IMG/VR virus record: IMGVR_UViG_3300025151_004231
Location: 64,447 to 128,446 of that record
DNA length: 64,000 nucleotides
DNA from: a virus
Strand: one strand, 5' to 3'
Shown here: piece after piece, positions 18,915 to 27,704 of the stretch
Layout: the number at the start of each line of letters is the position of its first letter
How positions within the stretch are numbered: the stretch's first letter is position 1
The notes under the pieces: model-generated
The model's database searches: none
Told to the model about the DNA's origin: nothing
The model's input: only the letters and a program-made list of their open reading frames with translations
Position numbers and translations under genes: made by a program

Positions 18915-19462
18915 AGTATAAAACTCCTAAGGTCATTGGGTAAAACAGGATCTTGCATTCTTTCAGGGTGCCAAACTAGTCCCCACAGTTTTCTATTTTT
19001 ATGTCTAAATGCTTCGATGCTTCCATCATCTGCATGTGCGATAGCATTTAAATCTGAGCCAACTTCCTTTAACTGATTCATGTGAAAACTATTTACTTCG
19101 TACTTCTCATCTTCTAAAATAATTCCGTGAGTAGTATTGTAATGATTTTCTATTGTGCTATTAACTCCTTGCTCTAATTCGTTAATAAGAAATGCACCGT
19201 GACAAACTCCTAGTACAGGTTTGTCTTGTATATAACATTGCGTTAATACTTTTGTTTCGACTAGTATTCTTTGAGGACTTGCGTCTCCACCTGTTAAGAT
19301 TACTAAGTCTAAATCTCTAACTAATTCTTTATAGTCTTGTTCTATTATATTAGGGATATAAAAAAACGTATGACCACTTAGTAGGTTGTACCAACCGTGT
19401 TCTAAGCAATCATACGCCACGTTGTTATAATGTAATATCCTCTGTGATAGACCGATATTCAC
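18911..19462 (-). CDS. Class I glutamine amidotransferase / peptidase C26 family
   Basis: LTGG, PVLGVCHG (Cys nucleophile), VNSFH, WHPE. Confidence 0.88.
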   Translation of the reverse strand: MNIGLSQRILHYNNVAYDCLEHGWYNLLSGHTFFYIPNIIEQDYKELVRDLDLVILTGGDASPQRILVETKVLTQCYIQDKPVLGVCHGAFLINELEQGVNSTIENHYNTTHGIILEDEKYEVNSFHMNQLKEVGSDLNAIAHADDGSIEAFRHKNRKLWGLVWHPERMQDPVLPNDLRSFIL

Positions 19463-19475
19463 TACATACTTCTAC

Positions 19476-20174
19476 TTACCAACCGTATGCTTCTGATACT
19501 AATTTCTGTCCTTCTGCATTATGGCTAGTGTTTTTGCATGAAATTTCATACAAGTCTTTACGCATGTCAGCAACAAGTGCTTCAATACGTGCTTGAGTTT
19601 CTGCATCACCAACTAGAGTTTCAAGTTTCATTGCACCGATTGTGCTGTGAAAACCTTCGTCTTTAGCAATTTTTGCATAACGTGTTGAGATGAACTCATC
19701 TTCGATGACATCTGCCATTGTGTTCCAAACTGCTTCTGCACGACCTTCAGCAACTAACTGATAAGCGGCAAGTGCGGCTGGATCAGAATCAGCATCATAC
19801 TTTTCTAAAAGGCTTGCACCTTTAGCAGTAGGCTTTGCTTCTTCAGCGGCGATTGCTTCTGCAACATCGATCTCTTCGCCTTTGATATGCTCAATGACTT
19901 CTTTTACTAAACGAAAATGAATTGCTTCATCGTTTGCTTGTTTAGTTAAGTTTTGAAGTTCGATAGGGTCTGCATCAGCAGGCATAGATGCAATGTTATT
20001 GCTAATCTCTACCATGTTCATTCTTTCATTAACCATACGTCCAACAAAGTGTTCTACCAACGCATCCTCGTCAGGCATGTTGTCGAAATACTCTGCAACG
20101 TTAAGTTGACTTGCTTTGAATAATGCTTGATTGCCTTCGACAATACTAGCAACAAATTCTTTGTTTGATTTCAT
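19476..20174 (-). CDS. Ferritin-like di-iron protein
   Basis: NE..., DEAIH, AEG..., DEGFH (two ExxH). Start moved to MKSNKEF, behind RBS AAGGAG. Confidence 0.8.
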   Translation of the reverse strand: MKSNKEFVASIVEGNQALFKASQLNVAEYFDNMPDEDALVEHFVGRMVNERMNMVEISNNIASMPADADPIELQNLTKQANDEAIHFRLVKEVIEHIKGEEIDVAEAIAAEEAKPTAKGASLLEKYDADSDPAALAAYQLVAEGRAEAVWNTMADVIEDEFISTRYAKIAKDEGFHSTIGAMKLETLVGDAETQARIEALVADMRKDLYEISCKNTSHNAEGQKLVSEAYGW

Positions 20175-20219
20175 ATTATTCTCCTTAAGGGTTGTAGTAA
20201 TTAAAATAATCACTACTAG

Positions 20220-20280
20220 TATTTATCTCTAGGATTGAGAAAAATATACGCACTTCACAAAAATTATAAATATATTTATA
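20220..20280. promoter_or_regulatory. Divergent late-promoter region
   Basis: GATAAATA on minus (20227-20220) and palindrome TATAAATATATTTATA (20265-20280), which gives TATAAATA on both strands. Confidence 0.6.
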
Positions 20281-20308
20281 CAATTTACAGTAAGGATAAA
20301 AAAATTCG

Positions 20309-21052
20309 ATGAATAGCAAAATTTTTAACTTGGTTATGGAAAATTTAGATGAGGCACTGAACTTACCTAAATACGATCACATCAGAACTAATCTTAATGA
20401 AAAGACTACGTTTGAAGAAATGGCTATCACTCCAGTCAAGTTCGATAAGTTCAAAGAAGATATCTTAACGACAATGGACTTAGATGCAAAAATCAGATGG
20501 GAAGGCACTATTGAATCTGTTGTTGATCAACTAGACATCAAATACTCTAGTATGTTTTTCGGTGAGATTTGGAAGCCACAGACAGAAATATATAGTTATA
20601 CAGGCTGGCAGTTAGTTGATGAAGTTAAGAAACTTAATCCTAAAGCAGTATTAGACGTAGGTTGTGGCTACAATCAATTTAAAGAACGTATACCAAATTT
20701 AATCGGCATTGATCCTTATAACAACATGTCAGATTATCAAGTTGATGTTTTAGAATATGCAAACGTTGACGAACACTTTGATGCAATAATTGCATTAGGA
20801 TCTATTAACTTTAATAGTATTGAAGATATTAGAGTGAGATTAGCAAACTGTAATAAGTTACTTGCTAAAGGTGGTAAGATGTTCTTTAGAGTCAATCCAG
20901 GTATTCAACATAAGAACGGGCCTTGGGTAGAAGTATTTGAGTGGAGTTTTGAAGTTGCTCACAACTTTGCTAAAGAGTTTGGATTAGAACTAGAGACGTT
21001 CAAACAAGATGCTAATGACAGAAAGTATTTTGTTTACAGTAAACCTGCTTAA
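20309..21052 (+). CDS. Class I SAM-dependent methyltransferase with an ~80-aa helical N-terminal domain
   Basis: VLDVGCG, GIDPY, FDAIIALGSINF, LAKGGKMFFRVNPG. Confidence 0.85.
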   Translation: MNSKIFNLVMENLDEALNLPKYDHIRTNLNEKTTFEEMAITPVKFDKFKEDILTTMDLDAKIRWEGTIESVVDQLDIKYSSMFFGEIWKPQTEIYSYTGWQLVDEVKKLNPKAVLDVGCGYNQFKERIPNLIGIDPYNNMSDYQVDVLEYANVDEHFDAIIALGSINFNSIEDIRVRLANCNKLLAKGGKMFFRVNPGIQHKNGPWVEVFEWSFEVAHNFAKEFGLELETFKQDANDRKYFVYSKPA

Positions 21053-21243
21053 CCTCGTTTAACTAAACGTAAACTTCCTATTCTATAGTCAGGAATATTA
21101 TACATCTTTTTCATTAATTGTCTTGCTTCAAAATGTGTTTGAGCAGAGACAGTGAAGTCCATGTTGCCTGTGTATCCCGGTTGTTGTACAAACACAGTTG
21201 CGGCATAAAGATGATATGGCTTGACAACTTCAGATGCTCTCAT
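21049..21243 (-). CDS. Hypothetical small protein
   Basis: MRASEVV N-terminus; operon position. Confidence 0.65.
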   Translation of the reverse strand: MRASEVVKPYHLYAATVFVQQPGYTGNMDFTVSAQTHFEARQLMKKMYNIPDYRIGSLRLVKRG

Positions 21244-21244
21244 C

Positions 21245-21559
21245 TTACTTCTTCGGCTTGTTGCTTACGTTCTTTGCTTTACCCCTGCGATTCTTATTAG
21301 GGTCATTCTTTTTCTTTCTTTTTACAGCATTAGCAATTGCTTTCTTGCCACCAGAGTTACGTAAACTTGCGGCTTTACTTTTAGATAAACACTTAGGTTT
21401 GCCTTTGCCTTTACCATCACCGCATTTACCTACACGTTCGCCTTTGGTATTGTATCTATCCCAACCACCGCCTCCGGCACCACCGTCTTTGCCTTTGCCG
21501 AACCAGGCTCGTAAATCTTCTTGGATAATTGACTCAGTTAGAATTTCATTAATACGCAT
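21245..21559 (-). CDS. Basic Gly/Lys-rich protein, probably head-packaged
   Basis: Start moved to MRINEILTE (overlaps upstream stop); LRAWF...W...KCG...KPKCL module. Confidence 0.7.
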   Translation of the reverse strand: MRINEILTESIIQEDLRAWFGKGKDGGAGGGGWDRYNTKGERVGKCGDGKGKGKPKCLSKSKAASLRNSGGKKAIANAVKRKKKNDPNKNRRGKAKNVSNKPKK

Positions 21560-22479
21560 TATTTTTTCTTCTTTTTCTTTCCGCCAGTGCCCCAATTACT
21601 CGCACCAACTTTACGACACTTAACTAAAGCACCAGATGCGTATGCACTAGGCCATACTTTATATCTGCTTTTGACTTTGTGATAACAAGCATCTTTTTTG
21701 CCTGCGGCTTCATCAAACTGTTCTTCTGTAATCATTTCTCCCGCTTCTTCATCTTCATAGATACTTTTTTCTAATTTGCCATGTTTCGGCGTGAAGAACG
21801 TTAACAGTTTGTCAAACTTTTCTTTGCTCATAATAGCCACTTGTTGCAGTCTTTCTCTATCTTGTGGCTTGACGTTCATGTACATTTGCATGAACTCATT
21901 GATATCTTTTAATGGTAGTATATGTTCTGACCCGTCTAAGAATTTGATTGGGTGATCGCCGTCTACATCTTGTGCTTTTCTTAATTGCATTAAGATATGC
22001 TGTACTTTGTCTTTATCAGGATCTTCTGGCTTTTCCTCTTCTTCGTCATCATCGTCATCGTGTCTTTTCTTGCGTTTTGCTTCGTCAATTTCGTCCCAAG
22101 CAAATGCTTCTGATAAGCCAGATAATCTTTTGATATCTTCTAATGCCTCATCGACTTTAGGATCATTACGTTTTTTGCTAATAACTTCTCCTGTGTCTCC
22201 GCATGATGCACAACCTTCTCCCTTACAACTAGGACATACTTGAGGATTGCCCCCTTCTGGTTTTGTGTGACCATGTGCTGGGTCATACTTTTTTAATTCT
22301 TTATTTTGACTGTGTTTACTACTTGTTGTAGGGCCTCTGTTAACGCCTTTACCTTCGTATGTGTTAGTATCACTACGAGCATCACTAGCAATACCCATTA
22401 CCATGCCTGGAGAACCGTCACCTTTGTATGAGTTTTCACTCAAATAGTTTAATCCTGCTGTCTTTTTATACTTGTCCAT
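21559..22479 (-). CDS. Modular late protein (CxxCxGxG zinc finger; C-terminal KDACYHKVKSRYKVWPSAYASGALVKCRK module)
   Basis: CPSCKGEGCASCGDTG, LEDIKRLSGL; late promoter 5 nt upstream. Confidence 0.75.
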   Translation of the reverse strand: MDKYKKTAGLNYLSENSYKGDGSPGMVMGIASDARSDTNTYEGKGVNRGPTTSSKHSQNKELKKYDPAHGHTKPEGGNPQVCPSCKGEGCASCGDTGEVISKKRNDPKVDEALEDIKRLSGLSEAFAWDEIDEAKRKKRHDDDDDEEEEKPEDPDKDKVQHILMQLRKAQDVDGDHPIKFLDGSEHILPLKDINEFMQMYMNVKPQDRERLQQVAIMSKEKFDKLLTFFTPKHGKLEKSIYEDEEAGEMITEEQFDEAAGKKDACYHKVKSRYKVWPSAYASGALVKCRKVGASNWGTGGKKKKKK

Positions 22480-22484
22480 AATAG

Positions 22485-22492
22485 TATTTATC
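22485..22492 (-). promoter_or_regulatory. Late-type promoter GATAAATA
   Basis: GATAAATACTATT-ATG. Confidence 0.65.
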
Positions 22493-22494
22493 TC

Positions 22495-24117
22495 TTAATT
22501 GCTTAGTTTCTTTTCTATGTACTTATTGATAAAAGCCTCTTGTCTATCTAAATCATCATTACCATATGGCTCAATATTCTTATTAAATATGTCGTCTATT
22601 GTATATTTATTTGTAGAGAGATATCTGTGATAATAAAACACGCCTGGCCCGATGTCTTGTTTAAGTTCGTCATCATGTACAACTTCTTCAAATATTTTAA
22701 ATGCTTCCCAAATATTCATAGTATCATGTTGCCATTTTAAATATGCATTAGATTCTAATGGTAATGCAAAATGTGCTGTTTCTTCGTCTAACTCAGAAAA
22801 GTCAACTCCCATTTCTTCGTTTGTAGTCTCTCTAATTACGCCTTCTTCTCTCCATGTTCTTTCAAATACTGAATTCTGAACAGACAGCATATTTGCAATT
22901 GTTCCACCTGCAATGTACAATGGCGATATTGAATATGCACCTATATCTAAGTTTTCTTTTACCCACTTCAATCCTTCAAAAAACGTTTCTCTTGTTTCTC
23001 CCGGTAAGCCAATAATCATAGATGTCTGACAACGATAAGGTCCTCTGTCTTTGAACCATTGTTGCATTTTAATCATGCCTTCTTTTAAAACTTCAGGCTT
23101 CATTCCTTTACCTACATAAGAACCTGCTTGCCGATTCAATGTTTCTAACCCATAATAATGTGTGTGTAAACCCATATCCCAAATATCTTGCCAAGTCTCA
23201 GGGTGTGCTATCATTAAGTCTGCTCTCATAAAGCCTTGCAACTTTAACTTGAAGGGTAAAGTTTTTATAAGTTTTGCATACTTTGCTAATTTCTCTGGTG
23301 AGTCATTAATCGTTTCATCGTTGACTGAATAAGTATCGATTCCCCAACGTTCATAATTTTCAATAAGTTCTTCTCTAAGACTATCAATACATCTACTAAA
23401 ATCTCCCCTAACTCCTAAGACAGGAAACGAACAGAATTTACATTTAAACTTACACCCACGAGATAATTCTAATGACAATACTTCTTGTGGTTGTATATAG
23501 TCTCTATCTTCATATGAAACATTAGCATTGGGCATAGGGTAAGCAGGATAATCTTTTGTGGCTTCTACTATGTTGATTGGTACGCCTCTATATAATTGTT
23601 TTGTCATTTGCAACATATTGAATTCTTTTTTAAAGTATTTTAACAATTCAGTAATTGCATATTCTCCGTAACCAGTAACATAATAATCTAAATCATATTC
23701 TATTAATGCAGATATGTTATGAGATCCTCCCACAAAAGGTATGTTAGGATACATTTCTTTAAGTCTTTTTATAGTCTGAAGCATTTCTGCTACTTTTGCA
23801 TTTGCTTTTTTATCTTTTCCCATAACTCCATAACTTAATGGGAACAAAACAGAAAGACCTATGCATATAGTATCTTCTCTAACTCGTTGATGAAAGAATT
23901 TTAATATTTGTATTGGTGACCATGCTGGCCAAAAGTCTAAGACTTCGACATCATAACCTTCGTTTCTTAGATATGAAGCAATGCGATGTGCGCCGTGGGC
24001 TCGTTTGACACTTGGCCATACTGACGAGTTTAAATCATCACTTGCACTTTGGATAACGTCAGCCGCATCGTGCCTATCGAAGGATCCACCTAAGATAATC
24101 ATGTGACCTTTAGACAT
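22495..24117 (-). CDS. B12-binding-type radical SAM protein
   Basis: ELSRGCKFKCKFC (CxxxCxxC), DETIND, YGLET, IIGLPGET; N-terminal GAHRIASYLR..GYDVEVLD, GYGE. Confidence 0.9.
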   Translation of the reverse strand: MSKGHMIILGGSFDRHDAADVIQSASDDLNSSVWPSVKRAHGAHRIASYLRNEGYDVEVLDFWPAWSPIQILKFFHQRVREDTICIGLSVLFPLSYGVMGKDKKANAKVAEMLQTIKRLKEMYPNIPFVGGSHNISALIEYDLDYYVTGYGEYAITELLKYFKKEFNMLQMTKQLYRGVPINIVEATKDYPAYPMPNANVSYEDRDYIQPQEVLSLELSRGCKFKCKFCSFPVLGVRGDFSRCIDSLREELIENYERWGIDTYSVNDETINDSPEKLAKYAKLIKTLPFKLKLQGFMRADLMIAHPETWQDIWDMGLHTHYYGLETLNRQAGSYVGKGMKPEVLKEGMIKMQQWFKDRGPYRCQTSMIIGLPGETRETFFEGLKWVKENLDIGAYSISPLYIAGGTIANMLSVQNSVFERTWREEGVIRETTNEEMGVDFSELDEETAHFALPLESNAYLKWQHDTMNIWEAFKIFEEVVHDDELKQDIGPGVFYYHRYLSTNKYTIDDIFNKNIEPYGNDDLDRQEAFINKYIEKKLSN

Positions 24118-24118
24118 A

Positions 24119-24745
24119 TTAGTTCTTCAGTGTGCCGATGTTAGGAACGTAATTGTTTCCTGTTTCATCGATGAGTCCGTTTATTAGTTCTTGTATCATC
24201 TCATCGTTGAGATGGCGCCTACGCATTTCACTAGATTTAAATCTTCCCCATAGATGTACTTCAACTGGAACGTCTCCGTCAACTTCATCTACTGCATACA
24301 TTCTATGTCTTCCTTCATGTCCTGTGACCTTCGCAGGCTGTGATAGATCGCCTTCTTCCCACTCGTCGGGTATTACAATAGATAAGAAAGGACTTGCAAT
24401 AGGAACGCCCTTACGAACTTTATCAACTAAATCTTCATATTGTGAACTACGCATATCTCTTGGTAAACTTAATGCTAACTTATGAAATGTAGAGGGCTTC
24501 ATCATAACACGAATACCAAAATAGTCTGGTTGTCCACCTGTATTATTCGGAACGACACCCAATCCTTTTTCATTATCTAAGTTGTATTCATCTAATGCTG
24601 ATACACCTGCGGGAACAGGCGTGTCTGTAGGCAAAAAGAATTTATGTTTACCTTTAGATGCTTTTTTAAGTTTGTAGGCAGGCATTGTTTTATAATCAGG
24701 TATCCCTGCAAAGCCCATCTCACTTAAAAATTCTCTTGCTCTCAT
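24119..24745 (-). CDS. ParB/Srx-like domain protein with capsid-targeting-like N-terminus
   Basis: MRAREFLSE; PFL....GHEGRHRMYA..VPV. Confidence 0.55.
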   Translation of the reverse strand: MRAREFLSEMGFAGIPDYKTMPAYKLKKASKGKHKFFLPTDTPVPAGVSALDEYNLDNEKGLGVVPNNTGGQPDYFGIRVMMKPSTFHKLALSLPRDMRSSQYEDLVDKVRKGVPIASPFLSIVIPDEWEEGDLSQPAKVTGHEGRHRMYAVDEVDGDVPVEVHLWGRFKSSEMRRRHLNDEMIQELINGLIDETGNNYVPNIGTLKN

Positions 24746-26178
24746 ATGTTTTGTGCCAAATCTCTGTCATGCGTTGCATCATATGTTGCGGCGTATAGTT
24801 CATCATAGTTGGCCGCTAATACATCATTACTAGGTGTAGTAAATTCATGCTCAAACTTATTTATGATCGATCTTTGAATTGGTCCGTCTAATATATCTCC
24901 TACTAGATAATGATTTTTCATCTTTAAGACTTCATGGAACATTCTTCTGTCATTGTATATTGATGCAGACAATATATTATCATTAGTAGTAATCATACGT
25001 GTATATAATTTAGGCGTAGTTACCATTAAAAAGCCTTCTTCAAATGTTTTTCGTTTTTCTTTCCACAAATAGGGTTTTTCTTGTATATGTTCTTTGAAGT
25101 ATTCTCTCATAAATGCTGTAACATACGTGTCAGTTGTTATCCAATTATTGTCTGAAGGTAACGAATACGTAACTCCATAGTGACTTCTTTTACTATCTAT
25201 TTCAGAATGAAGTTTTTGTTTCATTTTTATTGTGTCAGGTTCATAGTATGTCAAACATAATAACAACATGTGAGGTTTAAAATCTCTGACAAACATTTCA
25301 TTACCGTTAACACCATACATAACAATGTCAGGCTTTTGTTCTTGCATTGCTATTTGTTTACTAGTGGGTAATATTGATTGCCAACGACATGAAGAATCAG
25401 TAAGATATTGTATGCATCCTTCTCTGTTTTCTGCTGTGTGCCATGTATAATGATGTGTATTAGGATATCTCTGTTCCTGCTCTTTGATACATCTTAAATG
25501 TACTGCTCCGGCATCACATGGAGAAATATCATATAGAAGTTGTAGATCATCGTAGAAAAATAATGACTGAACACAAGAATCTATGCCTTCACTAAGTGAA
25601 CAATATCGTACTGGATATTTTGCTTTGATAATTTCTGCATGAGATTTCATGCATTCATAGACGTACTCAGTAAGTTCTTCTTGGTCCCATATCTCTTGTT
25701 CATACGCATCTTTTGCATCTTGTAAGTAATCATATGGGGGAATAAAAGATTTGATGTGATCGTAAAATGTTTCATCTGCATCAAATTCTCGTTCATGTTT
25801 TAATTTTGTACCATCGAATGCAGTAGTGTTTGTAATGTCTTCTTCTTTGATAGTCATGTATGGTAGATAATTTGTAATTTCTATTCCATACTTGTCCGAC
25901 AAAAATATTTTATGATTTTGAAAATAGTCTAATGCTAATTCGTAGTCAGTGTGAGTGAGTTTTATTGCAAAGAAGTTACCGTTTGCTTCAGTAAAACTAA
26001 AGTTTTCACATACTTCTCTAATGTCACCTTCAATTAAATAACCAGTATATAATACAATAAAGTCTTCGCCTTCATATATCTCAACATCGTCTTCACGTAT
26101 ATAATACCAATCACCGAAACGTTCTATTGTCCAGGGCTTTGTAAATTTAGTTCTGTCCTTACAAAGAAAAAATCTCAT
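24742..26178 (-). CDS. Divergent asparagine synthetase-like (PP-loop) protein
   Basis: ANGNFFAI, LDYF..HKIF (Ntn-like), SLSEGIDS (PP-loop), VMYGVNGNEMF. Confidence 0.6.
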   Translation of the reverse strand: MRFFLCKDRTKFTKPWTIERFGDWYYIREDDVEIYEGEDFIVLYTGYLIEGDIREVCENFSFTEANGNFFAIKLTHTDYELALDYFQNHKIFLSDKYGIEITNYLPYMTIKEEDITNTTAFDGTKLKHEREFDADETFYDHIKSFIPPYDYLQDAKDAYEQEIWDQEELTEYVYECMKSHAEIIKAKYPVRYCSLSEGIDSCVQSLFFYDDLQLLYDISPCDAGAVHLRCIKEQEQRYPNTHHYTWHTAENREGCIQYLTDSSCRWQSILPTSKQIAMQEQKPDIVMYGVNGNEMFVRDFKPHMLLLCLTYYEPDTIKMKQKLHSEIDSKRSHYGVTYSLPSDNNWITTDTYVTAFMREYFKEHIQEKPYLWKEKRKTFEEGFLMVTTPKLYTRMITTNDNILSASIYNDRRMFHEVLKMKNHYLVGDILDGPIQRSIINKFEHEFTTPSNDVLAANYDELYAATYDATHDRDLAQNI

Positions 26179-26751
26179 TTATCCCCAGCCAAAGTCTGCA
26201 TCGTTTTCTTGTGCGAATTTAACTATTTTAATTAATTGATCTATGTACTGAGTTATTTGTCTGTCACTAGTGCCACCGTGATACATCATCGGACTCGTTC
26301 TTCCTATTCTATCCATACCTTCTCGGTCTTTGTATGTACCTATTTTACCACCTGTTAAAGATCCTGGCTCAGTATATTGTGATGTGTCTGCGTTCTTTAA
26401 GAATATAAGTCTTTTCATAAGAGCAGGCAAGTCTTTATTATCTACGTGTCCTGCATAATCTTGTTCTAATCCTAACATATCAATGATTTTAAATCCATTA
26501 GAATTACTGACATTCATTTCAGGAGCATCACTTACAAACTCAAGGTTTTGACCTTTACCCTCGCAGTAATCACAGACCGCTTCATCGTAATATTTGTCTT
26601 TACCTGTACCATCACAAACCCAACAATCTACATTTTTGCGTTCACCAAAGTGACTCATATCATGTATGGTTTTGCCTCTATCATCAACATAGGACTTCGT
26701 CACTGAAAAATCAATGCTCTCGTTCAGTTTTCTGAAGTCCCTTGATTTCAT
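26179..26751 (-). CDS. DnaJ-type zinc-finger protein, probably head-packaged
   Basis: CWVCDGTG, CDYCEGKG; MKSRDFRKLNE N-terminus. Confidence 0.65.
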   Translation of the reverse strand: MKSRDFRKLNESIDFSVTKSYVDDRGKTIHDMSHFGERKNVDCWVCDGTGKDKYYDEAVCDYCEGKGQNLEFVSDAPEMNVSNSNGFKIIDMLGLEQDYAGHVDNKDLPALMKRLIFLKNADTSQYTEPGSLTGGKIGTYKDREGMDRIGRTSPMMYHGGTSDRQITQYIDQLIKIVKFAQENDADFGWG

Positions 26752-26752
26752 A

Positions 26753-27238
26753 TTAGAGATCGCCAGTAGTAATTACGACAGAGTTGTAGGGTTCTGATTG
26801 TGGTTTTGCAAAAGTTGCTGTATATTTCCAATTATTACCTGTGTAATGAACTGATGCAGTAGGATAACCTTTGTTGCAATCGTTATCACATGTTACGTGT
26901 GCTGAACCACTCCAGTATCCATAACTCATTTCAAAGTTACCGTTACCTGGATTAGGGTCTTTTACTGATGTCGGCGGAGTAATGTAACATGTAAGTACTG
27001 ATCCTGATGGTGAATGTGTATTAGACTGTAAGTTTACAGTTTGTCCTACAGCAACATCAGTAGTAACATCTTTTTTATCGACACCCCAAGTTTGCTTACA
27101 TTGGAATGATTGATCTCCTTTGTTAGTAACTTGTAATGCTAATGTGACTGGATCACTACCGAGTCTTTTTTCTTGGCAGCCTGCAAATGCAAGTAAAACT
27201 ACTACAACTGCGACTACTCCAAATACTATCTTTTTCAT
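26753..27238 (-). CDS. Lipoprotein
   Basis: MKK, hydrophobic stretch, lipobox FAGC. Confidence 0.75.
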   Translation of the reverse strand: MKKIVFGVVAVVVVLLAFAGCQEKRLGSDPVTLALQVTNKGDQSFQCKQTWGVDKKDVTTDVAVGQTVNLQSNTHSPSGSVLTCYITPPTSVKDPNPGNGNFEMSYGYWSGSAHVTCDNDCNKGYPTASVHYTGNNWKYTATFAKPQSEPYNSVVITTGDL

Positions 27239-27402
27239 TTAAATATTCCTTTTTGTTTATCGTTTCTATTATCTTTATATTTAGCAGTGGGTAGGTCAGT
27301 GTTCTTTTTACCGTAAACATCACCTATCTTGTGCATACGTTTCCCGGGCTTTGTAGAACTGTATTCTACGTCAGCCTCTGTAATAACTTCTCTTATCTTC
27401 AT
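27235..27402 (-). CDS. 55-aa basic peptide with capsid-targeting-like N-terminus
   Basis: Not in the ORF track. MKIREVITEADVEYSSTKPGKRMHKIGDVYGKKNTDLPTAKYKDNRNDKQKGIFK*; overlaps both neighbours (TAATG, ATGA). Confidence 0.7.
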   Translation of the reverse strand: MKIREVITEADVEYSSTKPGKRMHKIGDVYGKKNTDLPTAKYKDNRNDKQKGIFK

Positions 27403-27704
27403 TAGTCTATTAAAACCATATATGCTTCTGGATTATATTTTCTAAACCAGTCAGAACCTTTTCTTACTAAGTCCCATTGTTGTGTCAAGTTCGCACCCAT
27501 GATAACATCATATACTGCAATCTCTTGTGGGTCAAGTTTAATACTAGCACCGCTAATAGGATTCATTACAGTTGCAGGTTCATCATCTAATATTTGTGCA
27601 TCAAATGGCATAGGTCTATCTTTCATTTTCTCTTGCCATGATTCACGCAATGTACCTGATAATTCTCTGATACGATTTAATTCGTCATAATTTACTTCTT
27701 TCAT
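27402..27704 (-). CDS. Hypothetical protein
   Basis: Start moved to MKEVNY (ATGA overlap); ELNRIRELSG motif; WFRKYNPEAYMVLID. Confidence 0.7.
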   Translation of the reverse strand: MKEVNYDELNRIRELSGTLRESWQEKMKDRPMPFDAQILDDEPATVMNPISGASIKLDPQEIAVYDVIMGANLTQQWDLVRKGSDWFRKYNPEAYMVLID

